DNA of 64,000 nt, taken from positions 133,731 through 197,730 of IMG/VR virus record IMGVR_UViG_3300035137_000026, one strand, 5' to 3'. The notes under the pieces are model-generated. The model was given only the letters and a program-made list of their open reading frames with translations. It did no database searches and had not been told where the DNA came from. Source of the DNA: a virus. Below, piece after piece: positions 38,601-47,161 of the stretch (position 1 is the stretch's first letter; each line of letters starts with the position of its first letter). Made by a program: the position numbers and the translations under genes.

Positions 38601-39134
38601 ATCTGGCGTAACATCTAATTGCAAACCCGATTTAGTTGTAATCCTTAATACTTCTTTCTTTCCATTGTTTTTAGTACCCAGAACTATTTGGCCATTTGCA
38701 AGTGTCAGCCCTACCATATCTTTATCTACGATTTCTTGTATTGTAAGCAGTCCTTTGTTCTTGGTATTGATTCTTGCCCATCCGGGCTGGCAAGCTGCTA
38801 CCTGATTGTCGTTCTCTGCTACCCCAACATTGAACCAAACTGGGCTATTGAATGCTGCTCTCTGGTCCAGCAGAATCTCTTCCAGTGAGTGCATGAATTT
38901 ATGTGCCTGTTCTTCGCTCTCAAAGTATCCCTGCTCCTGTCCCCAGAGCATTATCTGCCTAGCAATTCTACCCACTAAAGTGAGAACACTGTTCTCGTTA
39001 TAGTGGAAGTATTTAGAGGCGGCAATGGTAGCTGCTCTGTCGGACCAGTGCTTGGGAATTTCTATGTTGTCTTTTTCGAAGATCACTTCTCCGCTAGGCT
39101 CGGTGATCTTTACGTTTGTGTGACGTGTCTTCAT
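35664..39134 (-). CDS. nrdJ: Class II (B12-dependent) ribonucleotide reductase with intein and C-terminal TSCPD/Zn-ribbon
   Basis: FNSPVWFN, QVAA|CFI, SGSGAG, GGKTRRSAKM, SNPCAE, ACNLAS, APTGTIS, GAISKTVN, YRDG, CPQCGESTGCS. Confidence 0.95.
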   Translation of the reverse strand: MKTRHTNVKITEPSGEVIFEKDNIEIPKHWSDRAATIAASKYFHYNENSVLTLVGRIARQIMLWGQEQGYFESEEQAHKFMHSLEEILLDQRAAFNSPVWFNVGVAENDNQVAACQPGWARINTKNKGLLTIQEIVDKDMVGLTLANGQIVLGTKNNGKKEVLRITTKSGLQLDVTPDHRVYKANGWKKEFEPSKQERCFVEARQLQTGDMLLWSNAPSINSGHNYDTSICQEAYLAGWLQSDGFVRQYENTLLILEGISINSDELEALEKAFVRVFPDTYYKIRSCTTNKGFEYQRLRSYGENARTFVENWGLLKKQESMEIPEFLFTTPHLGPVIAYLRAWFQADGYCTTNSSGSTEVGISTISPKVIEGIQLLLQRLGIFSRRGIKEDKRQHHKPMHCLSIHIHSECKKFQELIGFIGQDKQDKLIQSLGQNRDKGQRIEKYRRLTIKKIESLGEHQVYDIQTDTGDYYTNGIRVHNCFIYGIDDNMEDILQHGVREGMTFKSGSGAGVNVSHLRAQGEPLSNRGVASGPLSFMKIWDQVAGSIRSGGKTRRSAKMVIMDVDHPDIEEFIDCKLLEEKKAQTLIENGIPHEEAYATVAFQNANHSIMVTDEFMMAVTKDQDWALVNRGDGKVARTVRARELFERIARVAWATGDPGIQFCDRINKDNPVPSLGDIECSNPCAEHVAINGSACNLASMNLVKYLTGDGRFNTKQLKEDIAIIVTAQDIMIEPADYPTEQSRHVATHTRPLGLGFTNLGAYLMRLGIPYDSQAAREEAAMITMTMTAAAYNMSIKLAQRMGSYIAYADNIERNLELVERLTRNDELVATAKEHGIRNSQLTCLAPTGTISFLMDCDSTGIEPLYALKAYKQLTGGGTIEIEPSCVEVGRVFDNPDVLKTANEITPFDHIKMMADCQKFLNGAISKTVNMPANATVDNVIEAYLYAWEKGLKSIAIYRDGCKAMQPLTAKKDEIEEVTEPNDERWTAYRKKLPETRQSLTHKFNVAGLKGYLTCSTYEEGDLGEIFIRTQKQGTTVQGLMDGMATAVSLGLQYGVPLETFVDKFVGSKFEPAGVTQNEDVRFAQSVMDYIFRWLKLNFMDEDDDETFINEMQMPNSNIVKANISFDGPPCPRCQTITGRAGACYVCPQCGESTGCS
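37695..38792 (-). mobile_element. LAGLIDADG intein (366 aa) in NrdJ
   Basis: Begins CQPGWARI, VTPDHRV, LAGWLQSDG and LRAWFQADG, ends RVHN followed by Cys. Confidence 0.92.
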
Positions 39135-39135
39135 G

Positions 39136-39549
39136 TTAGTAGTACTCCCAGTAATCTAAGTTGTGTATATGAATTTGATACTGTGTCTCAGCTAGGTGAC
39201 CAAGACATTCTTCCAGATCATTCTGACAGTTGGGGTCGCACCATTTCTTAATCCCCTCGAGAGCGGCATCCTTCTCTTCTAGCTCCTCAACACACTCAGA
39301 GTCACCACAGTCGATGTATATAGGCACAGGCACTAGGATCCTCTTGCTCTTTACGCACTTGTAGTACTTAGTGCGCCACTTCTCAATCACCTGCACCTCA
39401 GCCTGCTTTGGCTCTTCGTGGGCTGTGACTATGAGGAGATAATTTATAAGTAGACCGACTGAGGCCAGGATAAAAACTGCTATTACTAGTGCCTTATACT
39501 TATACATTATCTCCTCTTTATTGATTTGATGTAACACCGGCCACCACAT
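39136..39549 (-). CDS. Membrane-anchored hypothetical protein
   Basis: N-terminal TM helix then Cys-containing helical region. Confidence 0.5.
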   Translation of the reverse strand: MWWPVLHQINKEEIMYKYKALVIAVFILASVGLLINYLLIVTAHEEPKQAEVQVIEKWRTKYYKCVKSKRILVPVPIYIDCGDSECVEELEEKDAALEGIKKWCDPNCQNDLEECLGHLAETQYQIHIHNLDYWEYY

Positions 39550-40052
39550 GACGTGATGTGTTTAATAGCTGCCTTGACAGCGCTGTTAACAGCGGTTTTT
39601 CCGTCAATACCCTGTTTCTTGCATGCGAACAATGCGCCCAGGGCGATGTCCGTGCCTGAACCTGTTGCAATATAGCCGCCATGGGGTATTTTGTGTATTT
39701 GGTAGTCTCCCTCAACGGTATAAATGCCTGTAGGAGAGATAAGTACAATATCTACTGGATGTTGATCTGTGGGCTTGTCATCATACTTACCCACCAGGTC
39801 ATCCTGAGTGATTTTTGTCTTGATAGCATCTCTAAGCTTCCTAAGATCTCGCACGCTTAACAGTCTATCTGGCAAGTCAGTACATTCACGGATGATGTCT
39901 GCTACCCTGTATGACCTAGAGAAGCCTATGATGTAGTTGCCCCTAGTAATTAGCTTGCTGCCAGTCTCGTACATGGTATCGCCGGCTGTACCCATACTGT
40001 CTGAAGCAATCCAGTATCTTTCTCCATCGTCGTATGCAGCAATAACTGTCAT
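39507..40052 (-). CDS. HslV/proteasome-beta-like Ntn-hydrolase peptidase
   Basis: Met-Thr start (MTVIAA), ASDS, ATGSGTDIALGAL. Confidence 0.75.
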   Translation of the reverse strand: MTVIAAYDDGERYWIASDSMGTAGDTMYETGSKLITRGNYIIGFSRSYRVADIIRECTDLPDRLLSVRDLRKLRDAIKTKITQDDLVGKYDDKPTDQHPVDIVLISPTGIYTVEGDYQIHKIPHGGYIATGSGTDIALGALFACKKQGIDGKTAVNSAVKAAIKHITSCGGRCYIKSIKRR

Positions 40053-40211
40053 CTAGAACCTCACGTCTACAAATGCGGACCAATCATCGACTACTACCTC
40101 AAGATTGCTGTCGTTGAGAAGCTCGGTTCACTCGATACAGCGCTTTACATTGTCTTCTAGCTGTATCTGCATGTCCTTGGGGATTATGGTGAGCGTCGTC
40201 GTACGAAACAT
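40053..40211 (-). pseudogene. Small ORF with one in-frame TGA
   Basis: MFRTTTLTIIPKDMQIQLEDNVKRCIE*TELLNDSNLEVVVDDWSAFVDVRF; TGA at 40128-40130; final TAG abuts the next ATG. Confidence 0.5.
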
Positions 40212-40241
40212 TAATTGTTATCTTGAAATGTCTCATTGCTA

Positions 40242-40448
40242 CTATCCACTATCATCAAAGTTGCGTACTGTATTGCTATGGCCACACTTTACGCACTTGC
40301 AGTAGCTGTCATTATCCCACTCTAGCTCTGTGGTACTCTCAGAGCCTTTATCCCACATAGTAGTGTAGGCAAAGACACTGAGCACGAATGGTTCGTAACT
40401 ACCACACTCTGGGCATTTCATGCCTTCTAGACAGTTAACGTTGGCCAT
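40242..40448 (-). CDS. Small double Zn-ribbon protein
   Basis: CPECGS...CVKCG. Confidence 0.55.
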   Translation of the reverse strand: MANVNCLEGMKCPECGSYEPFVLSVFAYTTMWDKGSESTTELEWDNDSYCKCVKCGHSNTVRNFDDSG

Positions 40449-40986
40449 TGTGCTCTCCCTTGATCACAAAATCTCTCTGAATCCGAGCATCACCAGACAG
40501 GGCGTAACCCATAAGTTCCAGAATCTTGCGTAACTCAGTGAGTGTATCACAAGTCTTCACCCAAAAAGTGTGGATAACTTTCTGATTTGCAATTGCACTA
40601 TCCAGCTCTTTTACAGCGAGGGTGGCTGCAATTTTACAGCTCTCGGCAGCTAGTGGCTTGCCAGTTTTCTGCTGTGTTTCGGCTCGCAAGTCGTTGTATG
40701 TAGTGTTGTATTTGTCGCTCTTGGACTGCTCCATGATAGCTAGCTGTACCTGCTGTGAGTCCCTAAAGTAGGCTGCCCTCTGGTACTTTGTCCAAACTTC
40801 TTGACCAAGGTTGACAATTGCCTGGAAGGTCACATCCTCTGGAATCTCCACGAGAAAATGCTTCTTCCACTCGAGCATTGTTTTTCCTTCGACAAGAAAG
40901 TTTTCGTCGAGGTGTTCCTTGACTGCTGAGCAAAACTTCTGGGTCTCACGCAACCTCTTTGCTATTCGTTCTTTACTCTCGCTCAT
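40435..40986 (-). CDS. Helical hypothetical protein
   Basis: 183-aa ORF in packed operon. Confidence 0.6.
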   Translation of the reverse strand: MSESKERIAKRLRETQKFCSAVKEHLDENFLVEGKTMLEWKKHFLVEIPEDVTFQAIVNLGQEVWTKYQRAAYFRDSQQVQLAIMEQSKSDKYNTTYNDLRAETQQKTGKPLAAESCKIAATLAVKELDSAIANQKVIHTFWVKTCDTLTELRKILELMGYALSGDARIQRDFVIKGEHNGQR

Positions 40987-41491
40987 CTTCTACCTCTACC
41001 CTTATGTCACCCTTCTTGATGATGACTGTGCCTCCACCAAGAAGACTTTTAATCCTTAATAGGTTCTCTGCTTCTGACTCGGTGAGCTGGATGTCACCTA
41101 CGCCTATGCCAACAGACACGCCCACCTTGGTCTCTACAGTGAACTCTACTTGCTCTTCCTCTATCTCATCTTGGTGTGCCAGTGCCGCCGCAATAACGTC
41201 AAGATCCTCTACAACCCCCATTCTGATGGCCTTGTTCTGCTCCTTGGGCTCTAGCTGTTTAAGGTCTGGCAGGGTCCACAGTAGAGTGGTCTCTCTAGGT
41301 ACCCATGTCTTAGCCATCTTGCCAAAAGTAATGGTTGGAATGTCTTCGTTGCTGTGGGGCTTGAAAGACGACATGTCCTGGATATGGAACTCTATCTTTA
41401 GGTCAGCCTTCTGTTGTATTACTGACGTAATACGATCTACTAGCCCAAGCTGTTCCTTGCTAGCCTTCCAGACAAATACGTTTACTTTCAT
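40973..41491 (-). CDS. Hypothetical protein
   Basis: 172-aa ORF in packed operon. Confidence 0.6.
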   Translation of the reverse strand: MKVNVFVWKASKEQLGLVDRITSVIQQKADLKIEFHIQDMSSFKPHSNEDIPTITFGKMAKTWVPRETTLLWTLPDLKQLEPKEQNKAIRMGVVEDLDVIAAALAHQDEIEEEQVEFTVETKVGVSVGIGVGDIQLTESEAENLLRIKSLLGGGTVIIKKGDIRVEVEDERE

Positions 41492-41500
41492 GGCGTGCTC

Positions 41501-41902
41501 CTACCATAACACAGAGTACTTAATCACGGTTACATCTCCCACCTTAGAATTTCCAGGCCAATCCCTAAGAAACTTGATAAACCGAATGGGTCCAAGCGCT
41601 ATGAACATCGACGGTGTGGGTACTAGCACAAGCTGTGGAATGATTTGGTCCGGCTGCGGGATTCCATACTCCATTAGTTTGTTCTCGCCACAGATTCTGC
41701 GTATGTATTCGCATGTCTTGTCGCTTACGGCGCATACGCCACGGTGGGTGTCTGTCATGTAGAGTAGGTTCTTGTGGTCATGGCTGTAAATAAAGCAAAT
41801 ATCTCCAAGGATGTTGTATTTATCTCTAATATAGGCTTTGTATAAGTCTCTGTACAGATTGAGGATTTTGAGTCGGGCGGCTTTAGATATGGTAGAAAGC
41901 AT
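41501..41902 (-). CDS. Hypothetical protein
   Basis: 133-aa ORF. Confidence 0.5.
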   Translation of the reverse strand: MLSTISKAARLKILNLYRDLYKAYIRDKYNILGDICFIYSHDHKNLLYMTDTHRGVCAVSDKTCEYIRRICGENKLMEYGIPQPDQIIPQLVLVPTPSMFIALGPIRFIKFLRDWPGNSKVGDVTVIKYSVLW

Positions 41903-41905
41903 GTG

Positions 41906-42148
41906 TTATTCTCCAGGCTTAAAGAGACTAATGACACCATTAGCCTCTTCGTGGTAGTTATCTGTCCAGCCACGGAAGTTACAGTTCATACATTTCATGT
42001 AGGAGGACTTCTCCTCCTCCATCTTTTCACCAGGTGTGACGTCGATAGTACCGACAGACTCTACAACGAATGTATGTGTCGTAACTATGCATATATACAA
42101 GGGCTGTTTACATCGTGGGCATTGAACAGGCATAATTACTCCCAGCAA
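41906..42148 (-). CDS. Small Zn-ribbon protein
   Basis: CPRC...CMNC. Confidence 0.5.
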   Translation of the reverse strand: MLGVIMPVQCPRCKQPLYICIVTTHTFVVESVGTIDVTPGEKMEEEKSSYMKCMNCNFRGWTDNYHEEANGVISLFKPGE

Positions 42149-42201
42149 CGCACCAAACTACATGATGCGACACTCTATTCTACTCTACTGGGAGGATTTG
42201 T

Positions 42202-42531
42202 CTACTGGTTTTTGATGTGCCAAGTGATGGTTTCCATAGGAGTTCCATCTCTGTATCCAGTATTATATATTTTAGTATCACTGTAGTTATGGACTACTGA
42301 CTCTATTGTCTCGAGTGTCTCGGTATCAGTGTCATCATAGCTACGATAACTGAAGGATACAGTGAAGAAGAAGTCGTTGTCTGCTTCGGCTTGGACGACA
42401 TATAGCTTGTCTAGATCCAGAGCTAGCCACTGTTCTACTAGTGAGGATGGGCGGGCACCATTAATGCTGGTGGTTGGTAGGCGGGGACACCACGAGCAAT
42501 ACGCTGATGGTATATGGTCTACACCGAACAA
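42202..42531 (-). CDS. Hypothetical protein (true start probably downstream of tracked start)
   Basis: C-terminal ~75 aa look protein-like. Confidence 0.4.
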   Translation of the reverse strand: MFGVDHIPSAYCSWCPRLPTTSINGARPSSLVEQWLALDLDKLYVVQAEADNDFFFTVSFSYRSYDDTDTETLETIESVVHNYSDTKIYNTGYRDGTPMETITWHIKNQ

Positions 42532-42635
42532 CCTAGGCGGAATGCTAGTTCTCAGTCTGGCAATGCTCCAAGCGGCTGGCCTTCCCAGAACCTTTTGCGC
42601 TGTGCGTGTGATAGGCCTTTGTTGAATTGTGACAT
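42438..42635 (-). pseudogene. HTH-repeat protein with two nonsense codons
   Basis: MSQFNKGLSHAQRKRFWEGQPLGALPD*ELAFRLGCSV*TIYHQRIARGVPAY; LG..PD.ELA.RLG.S motif; TGA at 42552-42554, TAG at 42519-42521. Confidence 0.65.
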
Positions 42636-42636
42636 G

Positions 42637-43599
42637 CTATTCTTCTTTTGGGAGGGGTCTAAGAACTGACATGAGATGCTCGTAGGAGGTTTGGAATCCG
42701 GCTGCTCCAGCATGGCCACCACCGGAGTTACATGGTCCTTTAGCTCCTAGCCTCTTGGCTAGCTCGCCGCAGTTGACGCCTTCCTTGATGGAGTAGAGGC
42801 TCACCACCCAGTATTCTGCTTTGTACAGTCTGAAAGCACAAACCATGTCGTATTCGGTCATATCGATGGCAACCTCGAACTGTCTCGAGCCACTCTGAGG
42901 GGTGTTGAGAGCAAATACCTTGTTGCCACAAAGGTCAGCCTTGAAGCCATTTTCCAAGGTCAAACTACGTAGCTGCTTATCGTTATAATCCTGGAGCACT
43001 TTGCCTTGCTGGATCATATTCTGGATAGCCTTAGCACCATCATCAGGTGCATTATTACCCATTGATAGCTGCTGCCGCCACCATTCCATGTTCTTGGCTG
43101 GTCGGGTCTCCATGTTCCTGAAATACATCTGTAGTGGAATCTGCTCGTCCTTCCAATCAAAGTGGGGGTAGTCCTTATTCCACACGTCATACTGGCTGAT
43201 ACGCTTGACGATTTCTGGCACAGGGCTCACAAAGAAGTGTTCCCAGCATAGCTCACAGGCTGCCCTAGGGCCTTCTAGGACCTTACCTTCCCAAGGTACC
43301 TTCCCGTTCTTGTAATTCTCCTGTATCCAGTTGTAGCTGGTGACATGGTGGTCGATCCAAACTAGGTCTGCCTTTTTAGTAAGCTCTGCCATTCTATCGT
43401 ATGGCTGTAGAGAGAAGTCAACCACGTAGATCTTGTCATTCTCATAGTCTACCTGCGTGTCGTCGAATGGCTGTCCATAGTTGATGCGATAGAAGACGAT
43501 GTCTTCTGACCTGACGCCTGTTGCCTCAAGGCCGAATGCTGTGATAGCACCCGAAGCATGCCCGTCCATGTCGTTGTGATGATAAATATGATGTTTCAT
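42637..43599 (-). CDS. DHH-family phosphoesterase
   Basis: HHNDMDG, VVDFS, WIDHH, GGGHAGAAG. Confidence 0.9.
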   Translation of the reverse strand: MKHHIYHHNDMDGHASGAITAFGLEATGVRSEDIVFYRINYGQPFDDTQVDYENDKIYVVDFSLQPYDRMAELTKKADLVWIDHHVTSYNWIQENYKNGKVPWEGKVLEGPRAACELCWEHFFVSPVPEIVKRISQYDVWNKDYPHFDWKDEQIPLQMYFRNMETRPAKNMEWWRQQLSMGNNAPDDGAKAIQNMIQQGKVLQDYNDKQLRSLTLENGFKADLCGNKVFALNTPQSGSRQFEVAIDMTEYDMVCAFRLYKAEYWVVSLYSIKEGVNCGELAKRLGAKGPCNSGGGHAGAAGFQTSYEHLMSVLRPLPKEE

Positions 43600-43642
43600 T
43601 GCTCTAGCATCGCTCCAAACTACAGTTCTTGATGTCCTGAGA

Positions 43643-44254
43643 TTATTTGTCTAGAAGCTCATCGAGCTTCGCCTCGAGGCGCTCAACTTTGGCGTGGAGA
43701 TCATCGTCTCTTGCCCAGCCATCCCACATTATGAGCAGTGGGAGAGCAGTCTGGAGCAGAGTAGCGATAGCTAGTGACTCATCGTGAGAGACTGTTACTG
43801 TTGCAGTCTTAGTCGTGTCGCCCTTCTTCTGATATACTGACCAGAAGAAGTTATCTCTGTCTGCAGGCTTGTCGATTGTTAGGTTGATTGTCTCTTGGCC
43901 TCTGTTTGCTGTGCCGGCACCCTTGTCGTGATAGATCTTGAGCTTGCCGTTATTCTTCTCAAACATCTTGTGGCCTGGAGCCCTGATGTACATGAGGATC
44001 TTGGGGATGTCTACCATACCCAGAGCCATGATCACCTTACTGTTCTCCCAGTCGTACTGGTTCTTGCCTACAGCTGGGGCCATCTCTAAGAAGAGGCAGC
44101 CATCGTCCTTCTCACGACGGTCATCTGTGTAAGCTTTCTTCAGGTTTAGGCGCAATGCGCCAAACTTGCCTGTCACACCCTTGAAGAGTGCGAACTGGAG
44201 GGGGGCCTTAAGTCTTCTCTGTCTGTCCTGGAATGTTTCGTTCTGTTCTGTCAT
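43643..44254 (-). CDS. Whirly-like single-stranded nucleic-acid binding protein
   Basis: FALFKG...LEMAPAVGKNQYDWENSK...YHD...RGQ...FFWSV...ALPLLIMWD parallels recalled plant Whirly motifs. Confidence 0.65.
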   Translation of the reverse strand: MTEQNETFQDRQRRLKAPLQFALFKGVTGKFGALRLNLKKAYTDDRREKDDGCLFLEMAPAVGKNQYDWENSKVIMALGMVDIPKILMYIRAPGHKMFEKNNGKLKIYHDKGAGTANRGQETINLTIDKPADRDNFFWSVYQKKGDTTKTATVTVSHDESLAIATLLQTALPLLIMWDGWARDDDLHAKVERLEAKLDELLDK

Positions 44255-44522
44255 CTGTTTCTTCCTTTTTGTTCTTTACCCATGTTTCTTTCATGTGTAA
44301 GCCTTGAGCCATCAAAGCGTTTCCTAATGTAGGCTGTGTGGCAAACCTTGTCAAGATTTTTTCGGAGGATAAACCACGACAACCTTCTAATGACTCACCA
44401 ACACTAAACAATAAAGTTGCGAGGATGCTAATAAGTTCGTTTGGCGTTAGCTTCTCATTGTTAATTACTTCTACTATGTTTTCTGTGATTTTCAGAGTCT
44501 TTTCTTTGTTGTTCTCTTGCAT
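44208..44522 (-). CDS. Hypothetical protein
   Basis: 104-aa ORF. Confidence 0.5.
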   Translation of the reverse strand: MQENNKEKTLKITENIVEVINNEKLTPNELISILATLLFSVGESLEGCRGLSSEKILTRFATQPTLGNALMAQGLHMKETWVKNKKEETDDRTERNIPGQTEKT

Positions 44523-44754
44523 GTTCTTTCTTGCACCACTCGTGTAGGAATGCTTCGAATTCGTCTATGGGGCCTTCCCTGAGACGGTTGTATGGAATGA
44601 TTTTCTTACAGCCTCGAGGGCATTCCCACTCAAGGACTGTTTCTCGTGATTCTCCATATCTGGCTGCAACCAAGATGAACTCGGCCTTACACTTGGAGCA
44701 CCTTGGCAGTTTTCTCAGTCTGTATGTTGACTGAGCATGTGCACTTCTAGACAT
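44461..44754 (-). CDS. Zn-ribbon hypothetical protein
   Basis: CSKC...CPRGC. Confidence 0.45.
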   Translation of the reverse strand: MSRSAHAQSTYRLRKLPRCSKCKAEFILVAARYGESRETVLEWECPRGCKKIIPYNRLREGPIDEFEAFLHEWCKKEHAREQQRKDSENHRKHSRSN

Positions 44755-44758
44755 TGTA

Positions 44759-44974
44759 TTATCCGTTCGCTGTGTCGATGATCTTCCTGACCATCTCTAA
44801 GTTATTCTTGATAGCGATTAGCCGGTTCTCTAGGTTGGTGATGCCATCGTCGAATATCAGCTTTCTTACAGCTTCTAGCTCGTCTTGTGTGCGTAGCTCG
44901 CCTGCATTATTGTAGATCTTTACTATAAGTGATTCTAGGGTATTCATCCTTTCATCAAATGCTAGTTCCGACAT
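44759..44974 (-). CDS. Small helical protein
   Basis: 71-aa ORF. Confidence 0.45.
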   Translation of the reverse strand: MSELAFDERMNTLESLIVKIYNNAGELRTQDELEAVRKLIFDDGITNLENRLIAIKNNLEMVRKIIDTANG

Positions 44975-45957
44975 GTTAATCGTTCTCCAATGGGTTCATA
45001 GGCAAATTGAGTTGCTGCCTCGACTGCGATTCTAATCGCTTTATGAAGGCCTACTTTCTTTATACCCCATTGGTAGCAGAATGTCACGTCGAAAACGTCT
45101 CCACATCCCGTAACGTCTGGTGATCCCTTGCATTTGCTTGGGTCTGGTGTGTAAGCAATGTGCTCTCGATGGCTGGAATGTCTACCATCCCACATTTCAG
45201 CACCATTTGCACCTTTGGTTCTGAGGATGAAGTCTGTGCCAACTTCTGTGGCTAGCTCCACGGGTAATTTGCAGTTATATTTCCTGCAGGCTGCCTGATA
45301 CTCTTGTGAGTTGAGCTTTAGGATAGTGGTGCCGAGGAACTTCCTTAAGTTAGCACGTCGGCTGTCTGTATATACTGGGATGTTGGCATTGTGAGCCATA
45401 GCAATGAGACGTTGAGAGCGGTTCTTGTCAAAGAGCCCTTTCCTATAGTCTAGTAGTGTTACTATGGATATATGTTCAGTTTCAATGGTATGTTGAATCC
45501 AATCAAACCATATTTGTTCCTCGTCGGAATCTTGGAACGGTTTAATGGTTGTCCTGTCGCTGTCTACTCGGAGTAGGTGGTAATATCGCTCGTTGTCAAT
45601 GTATCGTATCTTAATAGCATTAGTGTTTTCTGAACGTACTGTGGGTGATATGACTGGTATACTGTACAGTCCTGACATCCAGTTTGATGTCTCGACGGAT
45701 GTGTAAGTAGCGAAGATTAGAGGAATTTGGGCAGTTGCGGCATAGGCTGCTGCTAACCCGGCTCCTCCTGGGGTATCGGCTGGTCTTCCTGTAAGCATCG
45801 CTACCGGAATGGGAGCCTCGGGTGATAGCTTTGATACATTAACGTAGAATGTTCTATCGATTAGTAGATCACCAATCAATAAAACCTTTGCCCTTGGGTC
45901 CACTGGGGTAGATTCTGTAGCTGTCATTCGGGTAGTCCGTTGTCGACGCCTCAACAA
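44962..45957 (-). CDS. RfaE/HldE kinase-domain-like PfkB sugar kinase (heptose-7-P kinase-like)
   Basis: VLLIGDLLID...LSPEAPIPV...PGGAG...DYRKG...DVTGCGDVF. Confidence 0.82.
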   Translation of the reverse strand: MLRRRQRTTRMTATESTPVDPRAKVLLIGDLLIDRTFYVNVSKLSPEAPIPVAMLTGRPADTPGGAGLAAAYAATAQIPLIFATYTSVETSNWMSGLYSIPVISPTVRSENTNAIKIRYIDNERYYHLLRVDSDRTTIKPFQDSDEEQIWFDWIQHTIETEHISIVTLLDYRKGLFDKNRSQRLIAMAHNANIPVYTDSRRANLRKFLGTTILKLNSQEYQAACRKYNCKLPVELATEVGTDFILRTKGANGAEMWDGRHSSHREHIAYTPDPSKCKGSPDVTGCGDVFDVTFCYQWGIKKVGLHKAIRIAVEAATQFAYEPIGERLTCRN

Positions 45958-46294
45958 ACACTGTATTTCCTTCTTGGCCGTCTGGGCAATAGAAGGTATG
46001 GGGCGTATTCTGTTTAATAGTAATGGAAGAATATGGCTTAGTCAAGCGCATGGTATTTCGTTGGCCATTTTGGTTGACAAGCTCTACTGTTAGGTGACCT
46101 TCTGTGAGGATAAATGTCTCTACCTTATTGGCATGCCAGTGTAGGCTAACCTGTTGACCAGGGAATAGTGTCATGATTTTACAGGCATGGGGTTCTCGAC
46201 AGATGATTCGTTCGGTTCCCCATACTTTCTCGTCGGTTGTTATTCTATGCGGGTCGTTCTGCCAAAAATGATTGGCCTCTGACTCTAGTTGCAT
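45869..46294 (-). CDS. Cupin-fold sugar isomerase-like protein
   Basis: EKVWGTE...SLHWHANKVETF...PHTF...EAST...DSYR. Confidence 0.75.
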   Translation of the reverse strand: MQLESEANHFWQNDPHRITTDEKVWGTERIICREPHACKIMTLFPGQQVSLHWHANKVETFILTEGHLTVELVNQNGQRNTMRLTKPYSSITIKQNTPHTFYCPDGQEGNTVFVEASTTDYPNDSYRIYPSGPKGKGFIDW

Positions 46295-46304
46295 CTCTTG
46301 GCTC

Positions 46305-46541
46305 CTATTCTGGGATCCGTCTTAGTAGCTCTGGATAGAATTTGATGTATGGTGAGCCCTTAATAATTTCCTTGGAGGCTTGCTTAAAGAGTTCGTCCAG
46401 CAGGTCGTCTTTTACCTGCTTAAAGATGTCATCACTATAATAGATCTTCTTCAAGATCGCCAGACATCTTTTGGTCTCACCAGTTACGTGCTCGTTTAAG
46501 AACTTCTTCTCAGCTAATGTTAGTTTCTTCTGTTTTGTCAT
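46305..46541 (-). CDS. Hypothetical protein
   Basis: Probable start MTKQKKL. Confidence 0.45.
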   Translation of the reverse strand: MTKQKKLTLAEKKFLNEHVTGETKRCLAILKKIYYSDDIFKQVKDDLLDELFKQASKEIIKGSPYIKFYPELLRRIPE

Positions 46542-46938
46542 TGTCCTTGCTAAAGTTGTGTGGGACCGCCTTCCCATCCTTGTCTACGGTTATGAATACT
46601 AGCTCTGCGGAGACTACGTCTCTCTAGATGTTAGTAGATATCTTCCTAGTCTTTGCCCGGACTCTAACTGTGAAGGACAAAGTGCCACAATTGCCTATAC
46701 TACAGAAGAACTCTACAATGTCGCCTTGATGGGCAGGACTCTTGAAGATTAGCTGTGATACCTTAAGGGTTACAAGCTGATTGGTCTCTAGCTGGCAGGT
46801 TGCATAGATGGCAGCAGCCTTATCAAGCCACTCCATCATACGCCCATCAAATAGTCTATTTGATGGGTTTAGGTCGCCAGGCATGACGATCTTTCTAAAT
46901 GACATTGTCTTATCCATGGCCTGGTATCCATTCTGCAT
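46510..46938 (-). pseudogene. Hotdog-fold acyl-CoA thioesterase interrupted by in-frame TAG
   Basis: KIVMPGDLNPSNRLFDGRMMEWLD...; after TAG (46624-46626) the frame continues RDVVSAELVFITVDKDGKAVPH, the canonical C-terminal strand. Confidence 0.8.
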
Positions 46939-47161
46939 TGCCTACATATTCCATATTTTCAAACTTGCATCTGTAGTATACAATTCCGTCTTTCATGTTA
47001 TAGGAAGCAATAGCGCCTTGGGCTCCCCACGGCTTGGGTTCTGTGATAATCATGAGGGACGCTCCAAATCTCTCGTCATGATCTGGATTGATTTGCACGA
47101 TGTCACCGGGGACTAGCTGTCTAGATTGCATTTTGTTGCCTTGTGGTTGAGATATCTCCAT
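46910..47161 (-). CDS. Small SH3-like hypothetical protein
   Basis: PGDIVQINP...EPKPWGAQG. Confidence 0.5.
   Translation of the reverse strand: MEISQPQGNKMQSRQLVPGDIVQINPDHDERFGASLMIITEPKPWGAQGAIASYNMKDGIVYYRCKFENMEYVGNAEWIPGHG

Noticed and set aside
40959-41762. 267-aa plus-strand ORF
   Set aside because: Antisense shadow of two well-packed minus-strand genes; Ser-rich with no motifs. The other plus-strand ORFs were rejected for the same reason
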